32,000 bases of DNA from Candidatus Omnitrophota bacterium (GTDB lineage Bacteria; Omnitrophota; Gorgyraeia; Zapsychrales; JANLHA01): contig OY759724.1 of assembly GCA_963662715.1 (NCBI GenBank), forward strand, positions 1,680,001 to 1,712,000, read 5' to 3'. Both the position numbers and the translations under genes were made by a program. The notes below the pieces were generated by a model. It did no database searches. It had not been told where the DNA came from and saw only the letters and a list, made by a program, of their open reading frames with translations. This document shows positions 1 through 8,466 of the stretch, piece by piece (the stretch's first letter is position 1; each line of letters begins with the position of its first letter).

Positions 1-1662
1 CACTTTCGTTTTGTGGCTAAGAGGGTTGATATTTATCCGGGAGACAAAGCCGTGGCCCGGAACGTAAAACTGAAAATAGGCGAAGTGCCTATTTTGTATA
101 TTCCAAAATATACCCAGGATTTGACGGGAAAAGAGCCGGCGTTTCTGATAACCCCGGGATATGACAATGACTGGGGGGCTTTTTTCCTGACCCGCTGGCG
201 GTATGAACTTGTTCCGGAGGTTAAAGGGACTGTTCATCTGGATTACCGGCAGAAAAAGGATTTGGCCTGGGGGATTGATACAGATTATGATACAAAGCGT
301 TTCGGGTACGGTCTCATCCGTACTTACTATATGAATGAGCGGGATGTTTCGGCAGACCATTTTTTTGATGAACGGACACCCCCGACAGTTGAACAGGAAA
401 GATTCAAGGTCGAATGGCGGCACAAGTGGAAAATTTCTGACGACACGGACGCGATTCTGCAGTATTACAAGCTTAGCGACAGCAATTTTCTTAAAGATTA
501 TTTTGAGCGGGAACACGAACAATCGTCCTCTCCGCCCACGTATTTTTTGCTGACCAGAAACCTTCCGGTCGGGACTTTGAGCTTTCAGACCGACGCGCGT
601 GTTAACCGTTTTGTCAGCACGGTCGAGCGTTTGCCGGAAATAAGCTATGACCTGCCCAGCAGGAGGATTGCCGACACGGGATTTTATTTTAAGGATACGG
701 CCACATATTCTAATTTGAGCCTGAAACCGGCCAGCCCCTCGGACAGTTCGGCCAAAACGATGAGGGTGGACACGGATCATGAATTGTCTTATCCATTGAA
801 GGTCGGGTTTGTTGAGATGAAGCCGTTTGCCGGGGGAAAGCACACCTATTATAGCCGGACGATCGATCCGGACAATTATCATTCCATCCGCGGCATTTTC
901 CGTACGGGAGCTGATTTAAGCACCAAGTTTTATAAGATATATGATACCCACACGGACCGGTGGGGCCTGAATATCAACCGCCTGCGCCATGTCGTGACGC
1001 CGTCTATCTCCTATCTGTACCGCCATGATCCCACGGTCGACAACGAGGAGCTCAACCAGTTTGATGCTATTGATTCGCAAAACAGAGCCCACTCTATTAA
1101 TTTTAACCTGGAGAACAAGTTGCAGACCAAGCGGGACGGGAACAGTGTTGATGTCGCCCGTATTATCCTTGGGTCGGCTTTTTTATTAAAAGAAGATCCT
1201 GGGAAGGGGGGATTCAACAACGTCTCCGGGGATTTTGAAGTGCATCCTTATGACTGGTGGTCGCTTCACTTTGACACCAATTACGATACGATAGATGAGC
1301 ATTTGAGCACGGCTAACGTTGACCTGTACATCAATGAGGTAAGCGACAGGTGGTACGGCCGGTTTGGTAAAAGATATAACCGGGAGGTGGACGATCAAAT
1401 CACCACGGAAATGGGATACCGGTTGAACCAAAAATGGAGTTTTAATGTTTATCAACGGTATGATATCGATTCCGGGACGTTAAAAGAACAGCAATACGGT
1501 TTTAAACGGGATCTGCACGCATGGACCATGGACCTGACATTTAACCAGACGCGGGGGGAGGGCAGCGAAGTATGGGTCGTCATGACGATGAAGTCCTTCC
1601 CGGATATAGGATTTGACTTCGGGACGAGTTTTAACCGGAGGAAAGCAGGTTCGCAGAATTAA
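1..1662 (+). CDS. lptD: LPS-assembly outer-membrane protein LptD/OstA-like, C-terminal beta-barrel portion (5' end cut by the window edge)
   Basis: Frame 1 is open from base 1, with no stop before the GTG at 13, and ends at TAA 1660-1662. The Y/W/D/N/T-rich composition fits alternating beta strands. Segments such as HVVTPSISYLYRHDP and the aromatic C-terminal tail (IGFDFGTSFN) resemble the OstA_C barrel of LptD as I remember it. No alignment was run. Confidence 0.55.
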   Translation, partial: HFRFVAKRVDIYPGDKAVARNVKLKIGEVPILYIPKYTQDLTGKEPAFLITPGYDNDWGAFFLTRWRYELVPEVKGTVHLDYRQKKDLAWGIDTDYDTKRFGYGLIRTYYMNERDVSADHFFDERTPPTVEQERFKVEWRHKWKISDDTDAILQYYKLSDSNFLKDYFEREHEQSSSPPTYFLLTRNLPVGTLSFQTDARVNRFVSTVERLPEISYDLPSRRIADTGFYFKDTATYSNLSLKPASPSDSSAKTMRVDTDHELSYPLKVGFVEMKPFAGGKHTYYSRTIDPDNYHSIRGIFRTGADLSTKFYKIYDTHTDRWGLNINRLRHVVTPSISYLYRHDPTVDNEELNQFDAIDSQNRAHSINFNLENKLQTKRDGNSVDVARIILGSAFLLKEDPGKGGFNNVSGDFEVHPYDWWSLHFDTNYDTIDEHLSTANVDLYINEVSDRWYGRFGKRYNREVDDQITTEMGYRLNQKWSFNVYQRYDIDSGTLKEQQYGFKRDLHAWTMDLTFNQTRGEGSEVWVVMTMKSFPDIGFDFGTSFNRRKAGSQN

Positions 1663-1701
1663 AAAGGAGAAAATAAGGAAGAAACAACAAAAGGATGTCG
1701 C

Positions 1702-3012
1702 ATGAAAATTTCAATTATCGGATGTGGTTATGTGGGTTTGGTTACGGGGGTGTGTCTAGCATCCATAGGACATCATGTCCTTTGCATTGATAATGATTTG
1801 GAAAAAATCAAAAAACTGAGGTCCGGGAAAGTTACGATTTATGAACCCGGTCTGCAAGAATTGATGAAGAACGCTATCAAGAAAAAGTATTTGAGTTTCA
1901 GCAGTTCAGTGCGGGAAGCAACAAGAAAGACCGACGTTATTTTTATCGCTGTCGGGACGCCTTCCAAGAAAAACGGAGAGGCGGATTTGACCTATGTGGA
2001 AAACGTCGCTAGGCAGATCGCGGCGAATATGTCTTCTTATAAGTTGATTGTCGAGAAGTCAACGGTTCCGGCCGAGACAGGAAAACGCATTGAACGGACC
2101 ATCCGGTTGAACCTTCCGAAACGAAGCAAAAAGATTGATTTTGATGTCGCCTCAAACCCGGAATTCCTCCGGGAAGGCTCTGCCGTTGAGGACTTTATGA
2201 AGCCGGACCGCGTTGTCCTCGGGGTGGAATCAGCCAAGGCGGAAAAAATACTCCGTGAAATCTACCGCCCGGTTAAGACGCATATCGTTGTGACAAACAT
2301 CAATTCGGCTGAGATTATTAAACATGCTTCCAATTCTTTCCTGGCGACAAAAATATCTTTTGCCAATGCGCTATCCCAGATTTGCGACAAGGTCGGAGCG
2401 GATATCCTTAAAGTGGCCGAGGGGATGGGGTTTGACAAAAGAATCGGAAAAAGCTTCCTGCAGGCCGGAATCGGGTATGGGGGCAGCTGTTTTCCAAAGG
2501 ATGTTGATGCGTTTATCCGTTTGAGCGAGAGAAACGGGTATTCTTTTGCTCTCCTGCAGGAGGTCCGCCGCGTGAACGAAGAACAGAAAAGCGCGTTTGT
2601 CCAGCTGATCGAAGATAAACTGTGGATTCTCAAAGACAAGGTTATCGGGGTGCTGGGGTTGGCCTTTAAACCCGATACTGATGACATGCGCAACGCCCCG
2701 TCCCTGGACATTATCGCGGCCCTGCAGAAGGAGGGCGCTAAAATCAAGGCGTATGACCCGCAGGCCATGGGGAACGCCAGGAGAGTTCTGAAATCCGTAA
2801 CATTCTGCAAAGACATCACGAGTTTGGCCAAGGGGTGTGACTGCCTTCTGCTGCTGACGGAATGGGATGAATTCAGGAAGTGCAATTTTAAGAAAATCAA
2901 ACCGCTTATGAGGCAGGCTATTATTTTTGACGGCCGGAATCTCTACCATGCGGATCGTTTAAGCGAGTTAGGGTATGAATATTATGGTATTGGGCGCGGG
3001 ATGTTAGCGTAG
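1702..3012 (+). CDS. ugd: UDP-glucose 6-dehydrogenase
   Basis: 436 aa. N-terminal Rossmann motif MKISIIGCGYVGLVTG and catalytic-Cys motif GYGGSCFPKDV. Length and domain order match the UDP-glucose/GDP-mannose dehydrogenase family. Confidence 0.9.
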   Translation: MKISIIGCGYVGLVTGVCLASIGHHVLCIDNDLEKIKKLRSGKVTIYEPGLQELMKNAIKKKYLSFSSSVREATRKTDVIFIAVGTPSKKNGEADLTYVENVARQIAANMSSYKLIVEKSTVPAETGKRIERTIRLNLPKRSKKIDFDVASNPEFLREGSAVEDFMKPDRVVLGVESAKAEKILREIYRPVKTHIVVTNINSAEIIKHASNSFLATKISFANALSQICDKVGADILKVAEGMGFDKRIGKSFLQAGIGYGGSCFPKDVDAFIRLSERNGYSFALLQEVRRVNEEQKSAFVQLIEDKLWILKDKVIGVLGLAFKPDTDDMRNAPSLDIIAALQKEGAKIKAYDPQAMGNARRVLKSVTFCKDITSLAKGCDCLLLLTEWDEFRKCNFKKIKPLMRQAIIFDGRNLYHADRLSELGYEYYGIGRGMLA

Positions 3013-3026
3013 AAAAGGAGGACGGG

Positions 3027-4328
3027 ATGTCGACTGCTTTAAAGAGAAAAATTAATTCAAAAAAAGCCAAGATCGCCGTGTTGGGATTAGGGTATGTCGG
3101 GCTCCCCCTGGCGGTGAATTTTGCTAAAAAGGGTTTCAGGGTTTTTGGCCTGGACAAGGACCAGGACCGGGTTCAGCATATCAATCGTCAGGAGAGTTAT
3201 ATCTCGGATATCCCTCAGCGGGAACTCTCGCGGGTCGTGCAGCGGGGGCTGTTAACAGCGGGGACGGATTTTTCCGTTATTAAAGATATGGATGTGCTCA
3301 TCATTTGCGTGCCCACACCGCTGAAAAAGAAATACACCCCGGATATTTCCTATATCGTCGGCGCTGTAAAAATCATTCGGAAGTATCTCAGCCGGGATAC
3401 CTTGATCGTTCTGGAAAGCACGACCTATCCCGGGACGACCAAAGAATTGATACTGCCGGAAATAGAGAAATCCGGGCTGAAAGTCGGGCAGGATTTTTAC
3501 CTGTCCTTCTCCCCGGAGAGAATAGATCCCGGCAACAAGGTTTACGATGTTACGAAGATTACAAAGGTCGTGGGAGGGGTGACCGCCGAAAGCGGGAAGC
3601 TGACAAAATGTCTTTACGAAAAGATTATTCGTGAAATCTGTTGTGTCTCCTCTGCTGATGCCGCGGAAATGACAAAATTGCTCGAGAACTCTTTCCGGAT
3701 CATTAATATCGGCTGGATTAATGAGCTGGCGATTATGTGCCATAAGTTCGGCATTGACGTTTGGGAGGTTATTGATGCCGCCAAAACAAAACCTTTCGGC
3801 TTTATGCCTTTTTATCCCGGCCTGGGTGTGGGGGGGCACTGCATCCCTGACGATCCCCTGTACCTTTACTGGAAGGCCAAACAATACGGGTTCGGGTCCA
3901 AATACATAAAGTTGTCCGCCGACACGAATTCATATATGACACAATATGCCGTGGATCGCTTAAAAGATCTTTTGAGCCAAGAAGGGAAGTCTTTGGCGGA
4001 CGCCCGTATTCTTATCCTGGGGGTGACATATAAAAAAGACGTGAAGGATTTGCGGAAGTCTCCGCCTTTGAAACTGATCAGTCTTTTGCAGGCGGCTCAT
4101 TGTCAGGTGGATTATCATGATCCGATTATCCCGTATCTCGAATTTTCCAAGATTTATTTGAAATCCGTGCCGCTTACTCCTAAGATATTAAAGTCTTATG
4201 ATTGTGTTGTGGTCGCTACGGATCACACTGTGGTTGATTATGCTCTTGTGCATCGCCATGCCCGTCTGATTTTTGATGTCCGGAACGTTTACAAGAAGAT
4301 TCAAGATAAAAAAATCATTAAATTGTGA
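3027..4328 (+). CDS. Nucleotide-sugar 6-dehydrogenase, UDP-N-acetylhexosamine (WbpA/WecC/TviB)-like
   Basis: 433 aa. Rossmann motif KIAVLGLGYVGLPLAV and Cys motif GVGGHCIPDDP, typical of the UDP-GlcNAc/ManNAc dehydrogenase branch. AAGGAGG Shine-Dalgarno at 3015-3021, 5 nt before the ATG. Confidence 0.8.
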   Translation: MSTALKRKINSKKAKIAVLGLGYVGLPLAVNFAKKGFRVFGLDKDQDRVQHINRQESYISDIPQRELSRVVQRGLLTAGTDFSVIKDMDVLIICVPTPLKKKYTPDISYIVGAVKIIRKYLSRDTLIVLESTTYPGTTKELILPEIEKSGLKVGQDFYLSFSPERIDPGNKVYDVTKITKVVGGVTAESGKLTKCLYEKIIREICCVSSADAAEMTKLLENSFRIINIGWINELAIMCHKFGIDVWEVIDAAKTKPFGFMPFYPGLGVGGHCIPDDPLYLYWKAKQYGFGSKYIKLSADTNSYMTQYAVDRLKDLLSQEGKSLADARILILGVTYKKDVKDLRKSPPLKLISLLQAAHCQVDYHDPIIPYLEFSKIYLKSVPLTPKILKSYDCVVVATDHTVVDYALVHRHARLIFDVRNVYKKIQDKKIIKL

Positions 4329-4344
4329 AATGTTTTAAAAGGAG

Positions 4345-5298
4345 TTGCTTGTGGGAACTCGAAAAAAAATTGCCGTCGTTACCGGAGGGGCCGGGTTTTT
4401 AGGCAGCCACCTCTGCGACCGCCTGATTGAAGAAGGCTACAAAGTTATCTGCCTGGACAACTTCCTGACGGGAAGCGAAAGTAATATTAAGCATTTATAT
4501 AAAAATAAGAATTTCCGTTTTATGCGACATGACGTTTCCCGGGAAATCAGCATCCCCGGGCCGGTTCATTTTGTGCTGCATTTCGCATCTCCGGCCAGCC
4601 CTATTGATTATCTGCTTTTCCCTATCCCGACTTTGAAAGTCGGCGCTTTGGGGACGCACAACACTCTGGGCCTGGCGAAATTGAAAAAGGCCCGATACCT
4701 GCTGGCTTCCACATCCGAAGTTTACGGCGATCCCCAGGAACATCCGCAAAAGGAGACCTATTGGGGCCATGTGAATCCTATCGGGCCGCGCGGGGTATAT
4801 GACGAGGCCAAACGTTTTGCGGAAGCCATCACGCTGGCCTATCACCGCTATCACAAGATCGACACGAGAATTGTCCGGATCTTTAATACCTATGGGCCCC
4901 GGATGAGGATCAAGGACGGGCGAGTGGTTCCTAACTTTATTTTTCAGGCCCTTCACCGTAAGCCGTTGACAATATACGGGACAGGAAAACAGACGCGTTC
5001 GTTCTGTTTTTACACCGATCTTATCGACGGCATCGTGCGGCTGCTGCATTCCCGTTACACCGGTCCGGTCAATATCGGGAATCCCAGCGAGTTTACCATT
5101 TTGCAGTTTGCGGAACTGGTCATACAATTGTCAGGATCGGCCTCCAAGATCACTTATAAACCCCTTCCGAAAGATGACCCTCGTCAGCGGCAGCCGGACA
5201 TTTTTCTGGCTAAGAAAGTGCTTAAATGGAAGCCCGAGGTCCCCTTGCAGGAGGGATTAGAAAAAACCATGGTGTGGTTTAAACAGCAGAAAATTTGA
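4345..5298 (+). CDS. uxs: UDP-glucuronate decarboxylase (UDP-xylose synthase, UXS-type SDR)
   Basis: [16 protein letters not shown] Rossmann motif. The signature [37 protein letters not shown] matches the UXS family (STSEVYGDP...YWG.VNP.G.R..YDE.KR). The ORF track starts at TTG 4345. GTG at 4351, 6 nt after AAAGGAG (4338-4344), is the more likely start. Confidence 0.85.
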   Translation: MLVGTRKKIAVVTGGAGFLGSHLCDRLIEEGYKVICLDNFLTGSESNIKHLYKNKNFRFMRHDVSREISIPGPVHFVLHFASPASPIDYLLFPIPTLKVGALGTHNTLGLAKLKKARYLLASTSEVYGDPQEHPQKETYWGHVNPIGPRGVYDEAKRFAEAITLAYHRYHKIDTRIVRIFNTYGPRMRIKDGRVVPNFIFQALHRKPLTIYGTGKQTRSFCFYTDLIDGIVRLLHSRYTGPVNIGNPSEFTILQFAELVIQLSGSASKITYKPLPKDDPRQRQPDIFLAKKVLKWKPEVPLQEGLEKTMVWFKQQKI

Positions 5299-5307
5299 GC
5301 GGTTTAT

Positions 5308-6306
5308 ATGAACGAATTCCCTTCCGACAATTCTGCCGGCGTCATTTCAACAGACCAGCTGATCGGTCTCTACCGGGAGATGGCCCGTATCAGGCTTGTT
5401 GAGTTGAAAGTTGAAGAGCTGTATCATCTTGATGAAATGAAAACTCCTGTCCATTTAGCCCTTGGCCAGGAAGCCGTGTCGTCCGGGGTCTGCGCTCATC
5501 TCGGAACGGATGATCGTATATTCAGCAATCACCGTAGTCATGCCCATTATTTGGCTAAGGGGGGAGACCTCAAAGCCATGATTGCCGAATTTTACTGTAA
5601 GGAAACCGGCTGCGCCAAAGGCCGGGGCGGATCGATGCATTTGATTGATACGGCTGTCGGTCATTTCGGCTCTTCGGCCATTGTGGGGGGCGGGATCCCG
5701 CACGCCGTGGGAGCTGCTTTGGCTTTCAAGATGCAGAAAAAGCCGTGTGTGGCCGTGTCCTTTTTCGGAGATGCTGCCAGTGAACAAGGGGTGTTCTTTG
5801 AAAGTATGAGTTTGGCTGTTTTAAAACGGCTGCCGGTTATTTTTGTTTGTGAAAATAATGCCTATTCTGTCTGCTCCCATATCTCTGTCCGGCAGCCCAA
5901 CCCTGACGTGGTCATGCGCCCGCGGGCTTTTGATATGCCGGCAGCACAGGTTGACGGCATGGATGTTTCAGCTGTTTTTGCCAAGGCTAAAGAAGCTGTG
6001 GAATTCTCCCGGCAGGGGCATGGTCCGTATTTGCTGGAGTGCCGTGTGCAGCGCTGGCGGGGGCATGCGGGCGCCGGTGATCCTTTAAGGGAAAAGTACC
6101 GCGCCCCGCAGGACTTAACCCCGGACTGGATGCGGGATCCTTTGGCCGACTGCGAAAAAATTTTAATGGCCGATAGACAGGTTAACGGCGAAGCACTCGA
6201 AGGTATCAAAGCCGAATTGAAAAAAGAAATCGATCAGGCTTTTCAGTACGCCCAGGAAAGCCCTTTGCCTGACAAAGGTGATCTGGAAAAGTTCTTGTTT
6301 AAATAA
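5308..6306 (+). CDS. Thiamine-diphosphate-dependent dehydrogenase E1 component, alpha subunit (orphan, no E2/E3 nearby)
   Basis: 332 aa. E1_dh-type sequence with the TPP-binding motif GDAASEQGVFFESMSLAVLKRLPVIFVCENN and the GRGGSMH motif. Starts 9 nt after the UXS stop. Confidence 0.85.
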   Translation: MNEFPSDNSAGVISTDQLIGLYREMARIRLVELKVEELYHLDEMKTPVHLALGQEAVSSGVCAHLGTDDRIFSNHRSHAHYLAKGGDLKAMIAEFYCKETGCAKGRGGSMHLIDTAVGHFGSSAIVGGGIPHAVGAALAFKMQKKPCVAVSFFGDAASEQGVFFESMSLAVLKRLPVIFVCENNAYSVCSHISVRQPNPDVVMRPRAFDMPAAQVDGMDVSAVFAKAKEAVEFSRQGHGPYLLECRVQRWRGHAGAGDPLREKYRAPQDLTPDWMRDPLADCEKILMADRQVNGEALEGIKAELKKEIDQAFQYAQESPLPDKGDLEKFLFK

Positions 6307-6331
6307 TATATAACCACAGGGAAAGATTTTT

Positions 6332-7372
6332 ATGCCTTGGACAAAGTTGCAGATAGAACGCGAAGAGCCGGCTTTTGATGAAAATTTGGGACAGGATATC
6401 CGCAAACTCAATTTTGGAGAAGCCCTGCGGGAGGCCTTAGACCAGGCTTTGGAACGGGATCCCAGGGTTTATGCGATGGGGCAGGGCATAAACGATCCCG
6501 GAGGTATTTTCGGGACGACCGATGGCTTACGGGAGAAATATGGGAACGAACGGGTCTTTGACACTCCCTTAGCGGAAGAAGCCACCATTGGCATGGCCAT
6601 TGGTTCAGCTATGGCGGGATTGCGTCCGGTGTCTATCCATAACCGGCCGGACTTCCTTATGATGGCGATGGATCAGATTGTCAATGCCGCTGCTAAGTGG
6701 TGCTACATGTTTGCCGGGCAGGTTCCTATCCCTCTTGTCATCCGGGCGTGTATCGGACGGGGATGGGGGTCGGCGGCACAGCATTCCCAGTCCCTGCACG
6801 GTTTGTTTACGCATGTCCCCGGGCTGAAAGTTGTTCTGCCCAGCACAGCCTATGACGCCAAGGGCCTGTTCATCACAAGTATCGCTGACGAGAATCCGGT
6901 TATCTTTATTGAGCACCGCTGGCTTTTCAAGCATCAAGGCTCTGTTCCCGAGCATGTTTATTCGATCCCTTTCGGTCAGGCCACAGTAAAACGCCCGGGA
7001 AAAGATATTACGGTGTTAGCCATTTCTCACATGGTTATTGAATCTCTTCGGGCGGCCGAGGAACTGGAAAAGAAAGGGATAAGTCTGGAGGTTATTGATC
7101 CCCGGTCATTACACCCTTTTGATGAGGAGACATTGCTGCAGTCACTTTCTAAAACCGGCAAGCTGATTGTCGCGGATGTGGACTGGAAGACCGGCGGATT
7201 TGCCGCGGAGGTCGTAGCTACTGTTGCTGAAAAGGGGTTTCATGATTTGAAAAAACCGCCGGTCCGCGTATGTCTCCCGGATGTCCCGACCCCTGCGAGT
7301 TACGTCCTGGAAGAAGCTTTTTACAGAGGGGTTCCGGATATTGTGCAAGCGGCGGAAAAATTAATGCGTTAA
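6332..7372 (+). CDS. Thiamine-diphosphate-dependent dehydrogenase E1 component, beta subunit (transketolase-like Pyr plus C-terminal domains)
   Basis: 346 aa. RVFDTPLAEEATIGMAIGSAMAGLRP, HSQSLHGLFTHVPGLKVVLPSTAYDAKGL and a C-terminal ISLEVIDPRSLHPFD segment are typical of 2-oxoacid dehydrogenase E1 beta. Confidence 0.85.
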   Translation: MPWTKLQIEREEPAFDENLGQDIRKLNFGEALREALDQALERDPRVYAMGQGINDPGGIFGTTDGLREKYGNERVFDTPLAEEATIGMAIGSAMAGLRPVSIHNRPDFLMMAMDQIVNAAAKWCYMFAGQVPIPLVIRACIGRGWGSAAQHSQSLHGLFTHVPGLKVVLPSTAYDAKGLFITSIADENPVIFIEHRWLFKHQGSVPEHVYSIPFGQATVKRPGKDITVLAISHMVIESLRAAEELEKKGISLEVIDPRSLHPFDEETLLQSLSKTGKLIVADVDWKTGGFAAEVVATVAEKGFHDLKKPPVRVCLPDVPTPASYVLEEAFYRGVPDIVQAAEKLMR

Positions 7373-7434
7373 AGCGTCCGGGATTTCCCGGAGGCAGAAG
7401 GGTTTAAATTAATCAACAGTGAGGTGGGGGTAAA

Positions 7435-8364
7435 ATGAAAATACTTGTTACAGGGGGGGCGGGATATATCGGCTCTGTGTTGGTCCCGCAGCTGTTATGC
7501 GAAAGTTATGAGGTGGTTGTCCTGGATAATTTTATGTATAACCAGACATCTCTTTTGGACTGCTGTTGTTCGCCCCGGTTGTCCATTGTCCGGGGGGATG
7601 CGAGAGACAAGCCGCTGCTGACGGATTTAATGAAAGATGTTGACGCCGTTTTCCCGCTGGCTTGCCTGACGGGCGCCCCGTTGTGCAAAAAAGATCCCTG
7701 GGCAGCACAATCTGTTTTGCTGGAAGCCGTGGAACTGATTCTGCAATTACGCAGCCGGGACCAGATGATTATTTTCCCGACCACCAACAGCGGATACGGC
7801 GTGGGGCAGAAAGAAAAATTTTGTACGGAAGAAACGCCCCTGAATCCCATTTCTCTTTACGGCCAGCTTAAAGTACAGGCGGAACAGGCTGTTTTGGCCG
7901 CCGGCGGAATTACGCTGCGGCTGGCAACGGCTTTTGGTGTCAGCCCGCGTATGCGGCTGGATTTATTGGTTAATGATTTTGTCTACCGGGCTGTCTTTGA
8001 CCGTTTTGTTGTGCTGTTTGAAGCTCATTTTAAAAGAAATTATATTCATGTGCGGGATGTTGCCAAAGCCTTCGTGCATGCTTTGCAGAATTTTGAAACC
8101 ATGAAGAGCGAGGCATATAACGTGGGGCTCAGTGAGGCGAATTTAAGCAAGAAAGAGTTGTGCGAAGAGATTAGAAAGCAGGTCAGGGAATTTTATATTG
8201 TTGAATCTGAGATCGGGGAAGACCCGGATAAAAGGGATTATATTGTGTCGAATGAGAAAATAGAAAAAACCGGATACCGGCCGGACGTTTCTTTGCAGAG
8301 CGGGATTGCCGAACTTATTAAGGGGTATCAGGTGATCAAAAGAAATCAGTTTGCGAATATTTGA
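7435..8364 (+). CDS. NAD(P)-dependent sugar-nucleotide epimerase/reductase (extended SDR)
   Basis: 309 aa. MKILVTGGAGYIGS Rossmann motif and catalytic YxxxK (SLYGQLK). The position equivalent to the dehydratase T-D/S-E motif reads TTNSGYG, so it does not look like a 4,6-dehydratase. GAGGTGGGGG Shine-Dalgarno upstream. Confidence 0.8.
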   Translation: MKILVTGGAGYIGSVLVPQLLCESYEVVVLDNFMYNQTSLLDCCCSPRLSIVRGDARDKPLLTDLMKDVDAVFPLACLTGAPLCKKDPWAAQSVLLEAVELILQLRSRDQMIIFPTTNSGYGVGQKEKFCTEETPLNPISLYGQLKVQAEQAVLAAGGITLRLATAFGVSPRMRLDLLVNDFVYRAVFDRFVVLFEAHFKRNYIHVRDVAKAFVHALQNFETMKSEAYNVGLSEANLSKKELCEEIRKQVREFYIVESEIGEDPDKRDYIVSNEKIEKTGYRPDVSLQSGIAELIKGYQVIKRNQFANI

Positions 8365-8411
8365 GCGCTTTTTTGAGGCTGGCTCTCCTGAGACGGCTTC
8401 CCCGGATGGCC

Positions 8412-8440
8412 TTGACCAGCCGGCTGATTCCCCCTATAAT
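8412..8440 (+). promoter_or_regulatory. Sigma70-like promoter (TTGACC-N17-TATAAT) upstream of the radical SAM gene
   Basis: TTGACC at 8412-8417, an exact 17-nt spacer, and TATAAT at 8435-8440. It lies in the 102-nt gap after the SDR gene and is followed by AAAAGGAG (8456-8463). Confidence 0.4.
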
Positions 8441-8466
8441 TAAAAAATATTCTAGAAAAGGAGCTT

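Noticed and set aside
2037-5127. Multiple 60-212-aa ORFs in alternative frames and strands within the ugd, second dehydrogenase and UXS genes (for example 2262-2900, 2371-2949, 3252-3884, 4495-5127).
   Set aside because: All are nested within genes that have strong family signatures in another frame. They are typical overlapping shadow ORFs of moderately GC-rich coding DNA.
5308-7372. Reading the E1 alpha/beta pair as a housekeeping pyruvate, acetoin or branched-chain 2-oxoacid dehydrogenase.
   Set aside because: There is no E2 or E3 gene in the window, and the pair is packed between sugar-nucleotide enzymes in one operon. This remains formally possible until a phylogeny is done, so it is also stated as the refutation criterion of the main finding.
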